Assembly: GCF_006345805.1 (NCBI RefSeq)
Contig: NC_043011.1
Coordinates: 50,418,464 to 50,482,463, forward strand
Reading direction: 5' to 3'
Length of the DNA: 64,000 nt
Origin: Octopus sinensis
Lineage: Eukaryota
In this document: piece by piece, positions 12,611 to 24,759 of the stretch
How positions within the stretch are numbered: the stretch's first letter is position 1
How the letters are laid out: each line of letters starts with the position of its first letter
Notes under the pieces: generated by a model
What the model was told of the DNA's origin: nothing
Database searches by the model: none
What the model saw: only the letters and a program-made list of their open reading frames with translations
Translations under genes and position numbers: made by a program

Positions 12611-12805
12611 TACATATACATACATACATATATATGTATTTTTTCTCTCCTTGTTTCTCTCCTTTTTTTTCTGTGTAACTTTCTGTGAAAGAGCGTAGGC
12701 TCGAAACATAAAAGACTTTTTCTATTCCTAAGCGCTATACTAATACATTTGTTTGTTTGTACACCACTTACCGTCTTTTGTTTATTTTCGTAAACTTTCC
12801 CTACA

Positions 12806-12858
<53 letters not shown>

Positions 12859-12876
12859 TATATATAATATATATAT

Positions 12877-12950
<74 letters not shown>

Positions 12951-13516
12951 GCATATGTATGTATATTATTTATAGTATTGATTGAATGCTACGCATCCAT
13001 TTCCAAGTAAGTTCATCTTAATCTTTTTGAGGCTGGACGTATTCTATCTATCTCTCTCTTCTATCTTTTCTCTTGTCAAAGAAAATATTTCTCCACAGTT
13101 CGCTTTTTTACCCTCGTTGTGGACTAACGACCCTCCATATTTGTTTTCGTTCGGTTTCCATCTGTCCTGTTGTTGTTTCCAACTTTGAGCCCCCATAAAT
13201 CCCAAATTTTATTTTGGTAATTGTGGGAGCAACTGCCTTCCAACACTCATATTGTCGTTGAATGCTCGAAGCGAGGAGTAGATAGACAGCTGACAATTGA
13301 TGAAGGGTCTTTCTTTATGTTACTTCTCCTATGTTCCATTTGTTTCTCTCGTTTTTTTGCGTATTCAACACATTTGTTTGCGTATTACATGTTGTTTGGT
13401 GTTTGTGACGTCCTGTACCCACAAATGCACAATGTATATGTGTGGGTGTGCTTGTGTATATGTAATTTATATTATTATTTTACTGAACGCCACGCATCCA
13501 TTTCCAAGTAAGTTTA

Positions 13517-13586
<70 letters not shown>

Positions 13587-13589
13587 ATA

Positions 13590-13725
13590 TATATATATAT
13601 ATAATGTATATATATATAGATATATATATACATATATTTATATAGATATATATATGTATATAGATATATACATATACATGCATATATATATAATAATAAC
13701 AATAATAATAATAATAATAATAATA

Positions 13726-13760
<35 letters not shown>

Positions 13761-14560
13761 GGGCGTATAACTCCAGACTTACAGGGAAAAATTCAATTTA
13801 GTATTAAATTAAATTTCACAAAATAAATATATAATATATAATATTAGAGAAAAACTACTATTGTGCAATTCAAACAATGATAGACATAAACCAAATCATA
13901 AATAAAAATAAAAATATTTTTAAAACATATAACTAGTCACAAAGGTACAAAAATGAATAAATAATATATAATAATTTAAAAACTATGTACGTTTTATGGC
14001 TATAATTTAAATTCGAATTACAATTAAATTTAAATTAATCGAAAGTCAATTCAATTTAAAATTATAGTCACTCTTCATGTTAACAATAATAACAATAATA
14101 GTTAAATAAATAAGCAAATAAAATTAAACGATATTTCTTAAAGAAATAAAATCATGATTTTTCTTATAGAAGAAACTCCATTAACTAAATTTGAAACTTA
14201 AAACATTAGAACCAGTTGCCTACAATACATTTATTATGCTAAAAATTTAAGGTAAAATTTAGAGTAAATAGATAGAAAAATGTATTTAAATGTATCTAAA
14301 AATGTATTTAAAAATATACTCTTTACTCTTTTACTCTTTTACTTGTTTCAATCATTTGACTGCGGCCATGCTGGAGCACCGCCTTTAGTCGAGCAACTCG
14401 ACCCCCCAGGACTTATTCTTTTTGTAAGCCCAGTACTTATTCTATCGGTCTCTTTTTGCCGAACCGCTAAGTTACGGGGACGTAAAAACACACTAGCATC
14501 GGTTGTCAAGCAATGCTAGGGGAACAAACACAGACACACAAACACACACACATACATATA

Positions 14561-14595
<35 letters not shown>

Positions 14596-14717
14596 ATGTA
14601 TATATATATAGATATATATATATATATAGATATATATGTATATAGATATATACATATACATGCATATATATATAATAATAACAATATAATAATAATAATA
14701 TAATAATAATAATAATA

Positions 14718-14749
<32 letters not shown>

Positions 14750-15560
14750 GGGCGTATAACTCCAGACTTACAGGGAAAAATTCAATTTAGTATTAACTTA
14801 AATTTCACAAAATAAATATATAATATATAATATTAGAGAAAAACTACTATTGTGCAATTCAAACAATGATAGACATAAACCAAATCATAAATAAAAATAA
14901 AAAATATTTTTAAAACATATAACTAGGTCACAAAGGTACAAAAATGAATAAATAATATATAATAATTTAAAAAACTATGTACGTTTTATGGCTATAATTT
15001 AAATTCGAATTACAATTAAATTTAAATTAATCGAAAGTCAATTCAATTTAAAATTATAGTCACTCTTCATGTTAACAATAATAACAATAATAGTTAAATA
15101 AATAAGCAAATAAAATTAAACGATATTTCTTAAAGAAATAAAATCATGATTTTTCTTATAGAAGAAACTCCATTAACTAAATTTGAAACTTAAAACATTA
15201 GAACCAGTTGCCTACAATACATTTATTATGCTAAAAATTTAAGGTAAAATTTAGAGTAAATAGATAGAAAAATGTATTTAAATGTATCTAAAAATGTATT
15301 TAAAAATATACTCTTTACTCTTTTACTCTTTTACTTGTTTCAATCATTTGACTGCGGCCATGCTGGAGCACCGCCTTTAGTCGAGCAACTCGACCCCGGG
15401 ACTTATTCTTTTTGTAAGCCCAGTACTTATTCTATCGGTCTCTTTTTGCCGAACCGCTAAGTTACGGGGACGTAAAAACACACTAGCATCGGTTGTCAAG
15501 CAATGCTAGGGGAACAAACACAGACACACAAACACACACACATACATATATATATATTAT
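13590..15560. repeat. Tandem duplication, two ~989-bp units
   Basis: gggcgtataactccagac at 13761 and 14750. Units are nearly identical and include a SINE1 3' half. Confidence 0.9.
14322..14560 (-). mobile_element. SINE type 1 3' half (duplicated copy lacking head)
   Basis: Near-identical to 15312-15550. Confidence 0.85.
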
Positions 15561-15725
15561 ATATACATATATACGACAGGCGTCTTTCAGTTTCCGTCTA
15601 CCAAATCCACTCACAAGGCATTGGTCAGCCCGGGGCTATAGCAGAAGACACTTGCCCAAGATGCCACGCAGTGGGACTGAACCCGGAACCATGTGGTTGG
15701 TTAGCAAGCTACTTACCACCCAGTC
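15312..15725 (-). mobile_element. tRNA-derived SINE type 1, near full length
   Basis: Head, internal (TA/TG)n, tail ending gagtaaaagagtaaaagag. Colinear with 51357-51745. Confidence 0.88.
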
Positions 15726-15849
15726 ACATGATTTGTTTTATGTTTATAATTGGTTGAATTGCATAATAGTGTTTTTTCTCTAATTGATATATATATATAT
15801 ATTTAAGGGATATTTTCTAAAATTAAAGAAAAAAGATTATTGAAAATAT

Positions 15850-16900
15850 CTTTAAAAAATTGAATAACACATACCGTTTGGTAGGAACTCTTCATATTGC
15901 GTGTCAGCGCTTTCGCTGTTTACAATTTTGTCAAATCCATGTCTTGATGTGTAATCCGTATAAAGGGAGTTGCTTTAAGTAACGATGTTGAATATTTCCT
16001 GTCAGATTTCGGTTTTAGAATTCTAATGAAGTGTTCTTTTCCTTTCGTAGTTAATAATTTTCTTTCTGTATTTTGAAAGAAAGAAAATATTTTAAATTAT
16101 CCATTCACATAAATGCCTAGAAGCTCCCTGTATGGAACATTGCAAAGATGTGAATTTTTATTTTGTTGCTTTTGTAATCTAAATGGATATATTAATTTCT
16201 ATCTTGTTCGACCCCTATAATTCACATTATGGGCATGTCATGAAGTTGTTTTTTCTTTTAATTCATATCTGCGTTTCCATTCAGTTTCTTCCTATTCTTG
16301 AATTTTTCGATGTTTCCTATTCAGTTGTCTTACGAACTTCAACTAAAGCCCCTGCAGTTTAACACCCACACTTCTTTACACTTCATGCGTGAATTTCATC
16401 CTTGTTAAAGGTCTTGTAATCGTTTATGGTTATCTTAGGCTGTTAATAATTTCTTACCTCGGCTGCTAATAATTTCTTAGATCAGATAATTAGTGTAGAA
16501 TTGAAAGGTATAGTTTGGCTGAATGTAAGATGTTGAGATATCAAGGTCTATGAGTAGCTTCAAATGGGATATTTATATTTGTGCTTTTGTCTTCGCCCTC
16601 ACTGTGAGACAAAGACTGGTATTTTTAATGCTTGCCTTGGCTATGTATGGCATCACTTACTAAGTTTTTGGGGTAATTTTTCTCAAGAATTTATTTTTAG
16701 TTCTACCAGTCGTCTCTCTCATTTGAGTATCCGTTACTATCGAATATACATCTAGCCATACTAAATGGGATCTTCCTTTTAATGTAGAGTGGATCAATTC
16801 ATTAGTGTTTATCCGTGTCTCTGCATAGTAGTCAGTTACCATAATGACCCCCAAAATAAGTTACCTTTCGTACATTTCCGTAGCGAACTGGATCGCTCCA
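15850..16900 (-). mobile_element. Highly decayed Penelope-like element (RT thumb to GIY-YIG)
   Basis: Frameshifted KRKIPFSMARCI...LVELK...NYPKNL and terminal EHFIRILKPK. Confidence 0.55.
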
Positions 16901-17439
16901 TTGCACTATTTGATTTTAAAAATATTGAAAGATATTCTTTAGGTTCTTTCTCGTTTTCTGCCAACTACTTGCATTTTCTCAAATTTTAAAATGAAAATTC
17001 TCAAACAAATCGTACATTTGATGCATTTTTACTTGATGGTGATGAATATTGCATTCATCTTTTCGAAAGGATAATAATGAAGGAGGCTGTAGCTTTCAAA
17101 ATTACGTATTTTCAGCCTATAAATTGATACTAACACACGAACGTAGCGAGGAAGCTACAAAAGATTCTATGTCCAGTTATGTGACTATCCTCTACCAGGT
17201 AGATCCTATTCAAAACATACACTAATTGTAGCCATGAACTCCCTAAAGAAATAGGGCAAGCTTCGAACGCCAGTCAGGAGCAAGACAGCTGCGATATAAG
17301 CCACGGTTTTGTATTTGAATCTCTTTGAAAAATCAGTGTAAAATTTGAAAGCGTTTAAAGATTTAAATATATTGATAAAAAATATTTTTTTCAATATCTA
17401 TTTTCCTTATATTTCTACCCGTGTGGAATACAATAATTT

Positions 17440-17491
<52 letters not shown>

Positions 17492-17501
17492 ATATATAAT
17501 A

Positions 17502-17543
<42 letters not shown>

Positions 17544-17574
17544 ATATATATATATATATGTATATATATGTATA

Positions 17575-17609
<35 letters not shown>

Positions 17610-17615
17610 CGTATG

Positions 17616-17659
<44 letters not shown>

Positions 17660-17696
17660 ATTTATATATATAAATATCTAGATATAGATATATATG

Positions 17697-17741
<45 letters not shown>

Positions 17742-17922
17742 TATATATATATATTTATATTTATATTTATATATTATATATATTATATATATATACATAT
17801 ATATATAATATATAATATATACATATATATACATATATATAAACACACACTCGCCCACACACTTATGTATATATGTATATATATATGTGTGTGTATATAT
17901 ATGTATATATATATATATATAA

Positions 17923-17977
<55 letters not shown>

Positions 17978-18387
17978 TGTATATATATATACATATATAC
18001 ATACATACACGCAATCATTAAACATATTCCCGCATGTATTCGTCACACAAGTTCTATGAAGTATATCACACATATTGCGCGCTAATATTAGTAGCCCATT
18101 ATTAGTTAATGATACTTAATGTCAGCTTGTCACTTCTAATTAGGACAGACTAGTTTCGCTCCAAGTTAATTACCGTCATTAAGAAGCCATCTATATACAA
18201 ACGATGCCAGTTCTGTTTCGGCTAATTATAAAAAAAAATGACTCGACATGTGAAAGTACGCATTGATTAAGGAATGATGTTATAGAGTAACAGAACAGTA
18301 TAGAACTGAGACATTTCAGTACTATGTCATTTCAAACATATGCATTTACACATCCATATGTGTCTCTGATGAAGATAGATAGATAGG

Positions 18388-18467
<80 letters not shown>

Positions 18468-18469
<2 letters not shown>

Positions 18470-18632
18470 TGTTTCTTTATTGGCCACGCAGGGCTGAACA
18501 CAGAGGGGACAAAATACAAAGGAGAGCTTTTCTTTTTGGGAAGCAAAGAAAAAAGTTGGGTGGGGGTAGAATTTCGATCAAAAGAGATCGTGAAAAAAAG
18601 GGGGAAGACAATCAATAGGGATCGTGTATCAC

Positions 18633-18633
<1 letters not shown>
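18468..18633 (-). mobile_element. Tx1-like LINE 3' end, copy 1, within (GATA)n
   Basis: Homologous to 58306-58535 (aataaagaaacata end). GATA arrays on both sides. Confidence 0.75.
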
Positions 18634-18685
<52 letters not shown>

Positions 18686-18702
18686 TATAGATAGATAGAT
18701 AG

Positions 18703-18741
<39 letters not shown>

Positions 18742-18758
18742 ATAGATAGATAGATAGA

Positions 18759-18923
18759 TATGTTTCTTTATTGGCCACGCAGGGCTGAACACAGAGGGGA
18801 CAAAATACAAAGGAGAGCTTTTCTTTTGGGAAGCAAAGAAAAAAGTTGGGTGGGGGTAGAATTTCGATCAAAAGAGATCGTGAAAAAAAGGGGGGAAGAC
18901 AATCAATAGGGATCGTGTATCAC

Positions 18924-18924
<1 letters not shown>
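18759..18924 (-). mobile_element. Tx1-like LINE 3' end, copy 2, within (GATA)n
   Basis: Near-identical to 18468-18633 with the same truncation point. Confidence 0.75.
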
Positions 18925-19017
<93 letters not shown>

Positions 19018-19259
19018 GCAGGTAGACTGAAAGACAGAAAATATATATTTATTTTTATATGTATATTATATGTATCTATATATGTATATATACTTATATG
19101 CATCTTTATATCTGAACGAGTAATATGTATTGTTTCATTCGTTTCAGCCGTGTGGCTGCGGCAATGCTGGAACACCCCCGTTGCCTTTCTGATTTCCACA
19201 TTCTGGTGCGTTTCACGTTGTTTTATTTTTTTTATTGCCTGTGATAATTTTTCACCCTC

Positions 19260-19600
19260 GGCATAGTCAGTGGCAGTGGCTGTCCAACTGACCTTGTCTA
19301 AGTGGGCTATTATGAACAGTAATGGCCCCAGAACAGTCTGTTGGGGGATACCACTTGGAATTTGAGTTTCCTAAGAAAGAGCACTATTGGCGGCAACTGT
19401 CTGACTTCTGTCTTTAAGAAAGTCACGCAGTCACTTTCCCAGTTCAGCAGCAATGCCAATGTCTCGTAGCTTATGACATATCATGCCATGAATTACCTAA
19501 TCAAATGCCTTTGCAAAATCAAGGTATATCACGCTGATATCTGAATGGTCAAGCAGCTGTTTCAAAACTCAGTCGTAGTGCTGAGTATATGTGTTTATAT
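19260..19600 (-). mobile_element. CR1/L2-group LINE reverse transcriptase remnant
   Basis: VIYLDFAKAFD*VIHGMICHKL...FLKDRSQTV...SGIPQQTVLGPLLFI, with in-frame stops. Confidence 0.8.
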
Positions 19601-20589
19601 AATTTCCAATTTTTTGATCTTTCCAGGGTCAAGTTTAACTTTCATATTCCTCTTGTATACATAAAGTAATATATCAGTCAAGTTCAGAATTTCTTTTGTT
19701 TCTTTTCAATTATTTCCATCCCACCCCCAAATTTTCCAACGTTAAAAATATACTCTTCATGCAATATGATACTTTCTGTGTGCTCAGAAATACCTACCTC
19801 CATTTTAAACATCCTTTGTAAGTTTATCTAGTTAGGAAATTTGTATAAGAAATGAAAGCAGTAACAATACTGAGAAGTAATGTTTACCGCCACTCAAACA
19901 TGGCAGCTCCGTAGGAACCGACGTTACTGCTATTTTTAACCCCAAGAGTACGCCTCTTCCAGATGGTTATTCGATGCAGTCTGAACCCGATATACATTGC
20001 AAGAAAGTGGACGTACACCTACCAATTTCCAGCCACGGGACCAGAGGTAGATACTCGTCTGCTAGAGATAGCTCTGAGAAGCTGTATGCTATTCATGGGA
20101 ATTACTGGAGTCTGTTGTAGTACGATTGGTAAGCTGAAACTGTTGCTACCAATAATTCTAAATAGTATTCTTCTGGCTAGCTTACTTAATATAAACATTT
20201 ATTATTTCTTCTCTTGTGGCTGTTCTGTTGAAAATTTAGATTAACAGAACCGATTATAAATTCAGTTCTTAAAGCATACGCAAACCAGAATGATAAAAAT
20301 TGCAAATTTTTTATAGAAGTCAAATAATTAAAACCCAACTAGATATAATTGGACCATTAATTAATTGTAAGATATAACTAAGTCTGTTAAACTACCATAT
20401 ATATAAACTAATGTTGAAGAATATTTACTTTAAATTTCAGTTTAGTGGGTACATAAAGGTTTATTATTCTCTAGTCTGGCAGATTCGTTAGAGCATCATA
20501 CGCCAGTGTCTTGTGATGTTCGAATGACTCTTGACATTCTGAGTTCAAATCACCTAAGAGCCGCTCGTACATGTGATCGTATGTGCATA

Positions 20590-20830
20590 TATGTATGTGT
20601 GATTCTGTCTTAGTGTTTGTGTTTCTTGACCACTACCATTTGAAACAAATCAACCGGTGTTGATTTGTTTACATCCCATAACTTAGCGGTCTGGTATAAT
20701 GACTCTGATAGAGTAAGTGTTAGAATTTTAAGAAGATAAGTACTAGGGTTAATTCGTTCGATTTAAATCCTGGAAAGCGGTACTCCAGCATGGCCTTAGT
20801 CCAAAGGGTGAAAAAAGTAAGAGATAAGAG
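20590..20830 (+). mobile_element. Degraded SINE type 1 tail
   Basis: cataacttagcggt...tactccagcatggcc homology to the SINE1 3' half. Confidence 0.55.
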
Positions 20831-20899
20831 ATATTTCTCTTCTGTTTTTTTATCATCTTCCTTATTTTATTACGACCAAGAGGCGTGAACGGGGTCCAT

Positions 20900-21859
20900 T
20901 AGCGAAGTTTCAAGACGCTGCCATGCAAGATGCATAATTACTCAAGAGAAAGCTGATAAAGTTAAACAATCAAAAGAGGAGCATAAAAGCATGCGAGGAT
21001 GCGGTGGAGGGGAAATTTGAGTTGAGAAAGGATCTGAAAGATATGAAAGGGACAACGAAACTAAGAGGAGGTGTAGGAGTAGGGTATGAAGTGGTGTTGC
21101 TTCAGCTTTTCTTATTAATGTAGATCCATAGTGTGCTGAGATGCTGTATGCTGATTGGCCCATTGCTTTGAATTGGATGACGACAGTTTATCTAGGCTTA
21201 CGTGGATGTGTGCTTCGAATGTTCTCCCGAAAGCGATCAGAAAGGTGACGGTTTCTTTCTTAAATATAAAGTGTACCGCAAAATTTACTGATGATACAAT
21301 AAATTACGTTGGAAGATGTGCAACGGAAGTTTAGGATAATGTAATACTATGTCTTAGGTGAAGTAATGGTTGTAATGTTGTTGATGTATCGACAGGTGTT
21401 GCACCATTGGACAGCGTACTTAAAAGTGCCTGTTGAATTTGCTTCTAACTGGGGTTCCTATAATTTTCTAAGGTGAGAAGTAGTGCGGCAAAGATTCTAC
21501 GGTATTAGAAAATAGAATGCGGAAGTTACGGAGGAGCTTCAGTTACAATAGAATGGTAGAGAAGTAGAAGGTTGGAGAGAAAAAGAGAGAGAGGGGGGTA
21601 TATAGATTGTAGTTATGGGTAAAGAGGATAAGAGATCGGTGCTAAGGTTGATGGTTCAGGGCCGACGGAGTGCTGGCCACACAACCGATCGAGGGTACCC
21701 TTTACTAAGGAATGAATGTTGCATTCTCTCACATTAGAATTCGAAATAACAATCAACGCTGCAGAGAGAATTTGATAGCAGACCTAGTCACTTTGAAGGG
21801 GGTGAAGAAGAGTAGTGAAGATAAATAGAATGGGATTCTGTGGGTTTGTAGTGGATGGA

Positions 21860-21923
<64 letters not shown>

Positions 21924-22050
21924 TTTGTAGCAGGGGGGGCAGATATCGAGAACATAACAACTAACGCCTTGGATTGACTTACGTTTTATCCATCTTCGTT
22001 GGTGTCCAGGTACAACACATGGTAGATTGAGCAAGTATCATCTTCTATAA
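20900..22050 (-). mobile_element. Decayed Penelope-like element (GIY-YIG)
   Basis: FRCTSSNVIYCIISKFCGTLYI*ERNRHLSDRFREHIRS at about 21210-21340. Confidence 0.7.
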
Positions 22051-22150
22051 CCTCGGAACGAGTAAATACATAGAAAATGAAATCAGATGGGGGAGACAGT
22101 ACTGAAATTCGTCATACACATACATACATATGTGTGTGTATGTATATGTA

Positions 22151-22193
<43 letters not shown>

Positions 22194-22890
22194 ATGGATG
22201 GATGGATGCATGCATGGACGTTTGTGTGTGCATTCGTGTGTGTAGAGATATACATATTTATGTATATATATATATGTATTCATATGAATAGTTCGAAGTG
22301 TTTGTGTTTTTTTTTTGTGTCTCACTGCCTCACAACAAGTGTTGATTAAAATTCCCGTGACCTAGCGGCTAATTGAATGGAATTTCAATAAGAAATCAGT
22401 ATCGGATTTCGAAAAATAACTACAGGAGCCGATTTGATGTAAAAAAAACTCTTCAACATGTCCGCAATTCACAAGGTAAAAACAGTCAAATAATGCGCGT
22501 GCGCAAATACGCACACGACCGCACACACATAATTTATGATTATATATGGAGAGAGAGGGGGGAGACACATACACACACACATATATATCTATATATATAA
22601 ATGTACGCACACACACACAAAACACTCACACATATATCTATATATATATGTATATATCAATACAGACATTTGTATACAGTTGAATGCTTAAATAAACTCA
22701 CGATTTCAAATATGCACGTCTTATTCTATGGAAATACAGACGACGTTAAAATTTTGGTCGGAAGCTATTACGTCTTACACTTGTGTCGTCATTGTTTTCG
22801 TCATGTGTGCAATGGTATCAAGATGTGATTAGCAAATCAAGTAGCAACCTAATGGCCAACCTAGAAATCCGGTCGATCCTATAAACGAAA

Positions 22891-24078
22891 ATGAAATGTT
22901 TTCGATGTGGAACAAATCTAAAACGGCCTCCGAAGGCAAATCTCCCAAAGGCTGCATCAATGTCTTCAAAAAGTTACTGTAACACTTATATGAAAGATGT
23001 ATCGACAAAATCCTCAATTGAATCACAATATATTCGAAACCTTCAATACCAGATTTATTATCTGGAAATGGAGTCGCGATATCTGCGGAAGTTACTTGCC
23101 AATCATAAAATACCAGAAAGGTCATGTAAATTAGGTGATGATTGTGCACAAGATTTACCTCAATGTGTAAGAACTAACCCTGATAAAAAATATATCTGCG
23201 AACACGATGACAATGATATGTTAAAGAAACTTCACAACATGAGAATGGATACTGACATTGAAATCCATCACCTGAAACAGAAGTTGGCTGAGAAAGACGA
23301 AAAATTGGAAGACATGGAAAGAAAACTGGATGAAATGAAGACAACCGCTTCGAAACACTTTCACAATTTGAAATCGATCGAAGACAATTACAAATGCTCT
23401 CAAACTCTCATAGAAAATTTGGTATCAGAAAAACATGAACAAGACATGATGAAAAGTGAATTATATGATGCAAATGAAAGATTGCAACACGTGGAAACCA
23501 ACAGGAAGCTACTTAGTGAAAACAATGAAAGGTTACGTATAGAAAATTCCAATTATATACGGGAAATATCAGATTTAAAGAATCGTTTGGACATTTGTTG
23601 GAGTGAAGTTGATACCAAGAATCAAAAGCTACAGCAATGCTTGAGTGACCTTCAAGAGATGTCCAATTTTAAAAGCGAAAAGGAATTATATGCTAGACGA
23701 GTATCGGAGTGCATGGAACAAGTTACAAAGTTACAGAGTCAGAATAATGAAATGGAAAGTATTTTAAAAATAGCAAATGCAAGGAATGTAGATATGGAAA
23801 CTATTAACAGGAGTATGTTGAAGGAGAAGGAAAAGTTAAATGAAGACAAGAGGTTATTATTAAGTAGAATGGCAGACGAAGAAAAGAAAATAGAAAGATT
23901 AAAAGAAGCGAATTACGAACTGCATAGAAATCAATCGAATTTAGACAAAAAATTGAAGAATGTTGAAGAATTGAAGGATTTACAGAACACATTGCACAAA
24001 CAAAAGTGGGAAGAATTTGGTTTACTGGCTAATTCCATGCACTCTTTATCCCAAACAATGTCAGCACACATAGAATAG
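22891..24078 (+). CDS. Single-exon 395-aa coiled-coil protein of unknown function (short Cys-containing N-terminus, long heptad-rich rod)
   Basis: Only long non-repetitive ORF in the window, with no stops or frameshifts. gaaaATGA start context. E/K/L/N-rich heptads from about residue 105. AATAAA at 24167-24172, 89 nt after the stop. Confidence 0.85.
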   Translation: MKCFRCGTNLKRPPKANLPKAASMSSKSYCNTYMKDVSTKSSIESQYIRNLQYQIYYLEMESRYLRKLLANHKIPERSCKLGDDCAQDLPQCVRTNPDKKYICEHDDNDMLKKLHNMRMDTDIEIHHLKQKLAEKDEKLEDMERKLDEMKTTASKHFHNLKSIEDNYKCSQTLIENLVSEKHEQDMMKSELYDANERLQHVETNRKLLSENNERLRIENSNYIREISDLKNRLDICWSEVDTKNQKLQQCLSDLQEMSNFKSEKELYARRVSECMEQVTKLQSQNNEMESILKIANARNVDMETINRSMLKEKEKLNEDKRLLLSRMADEEKKIERLKEANYELHRNQSNLDKKLKNVEELKDLQNTLHKQKWEEFGLLANSMHSLSQTMSAHIE

Positions 24079-24436
24079 CTAGATCTGCACATTAATATAT
24101 CGGCTAAGGAATTTGAATTCTACAACACTGAAATAACTAAGAATCTATAAGAAGAATAATTGAACAAATAAAATTTCATAAAAAAGATATTAGAAGAAGA
24201 CATTCAAATATTTTTTTATATAATATACAGTAGTCTCTGGGAGGTATTTACTTATTTCATTCCTCTGATTCCAATATGAATATGCAGCAGGTGAACCCTT
24301 GGAAGATGGTACTATGTGTACATTGCGGTAAATATCTATACACACAAGCATCAGCGCAAACACACAGACGCACAATATATATCAATATACATACACACGC
24401 ATATGTATATATTTATACATATGTGAGTCTTTCATT

Positions 24437-24479
<43 letters not shown>

Positions 24480-24501
24480 TACATATACATGCATACATAC
24501 A

Positions 24502-24728
24502 TACGAGGGATGCTGAAAAGTTCCTGGCTTTAGGTAAAAGAAAATTACAGGAGGAGCAGTTAACAGGTAATCATCTTATTCAACATATTCCTCTCTCAGA
24601 TTCACACGCTTATTGCAGCTGTCCTTCAGTTTTTCAAAGCCCTGTAAAAGAACTCGGAAGGTTGGGCCTCCAACAGGGCCGTTCGGGATACCCCCTAAAA
24701 GCCAGGAAATTATCAGTACCCCCTCTTA
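24502..24728. mobile_element. Mariner-derived MITE
   Basis: Imperfect TIRs tacgagggatgctgaaaagttcctggcttt / aaaagccaggaaattatcagtaccccctctta. Relative in opposite orientation at 63677-63830. Confidence 0.75.
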
Positions 24729-24759
24729 TATTATATGTAGGTATATATATATATATATA

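Noticed and set aside
17222-17325. Possible minus-strand exon (RFKYKTVAYIAAVLLLTGVRSLPYFFREF) with AG/GT ends
   Set aside because: Short, no recognisable homology, and no partner exons can be linked without transcript data.
19963-20128. Plus-strand segment with ctcttccag acceptor and gtaagc donor
   Set aside because: The translation is unrecognisable and the flank looks like a decayed repeat, so it cannot be supported as an exon.
22829-23403. Antisense ORFs overlapping the coiled-coil gene
   Set aside because: Shadow frames of the real CDS.
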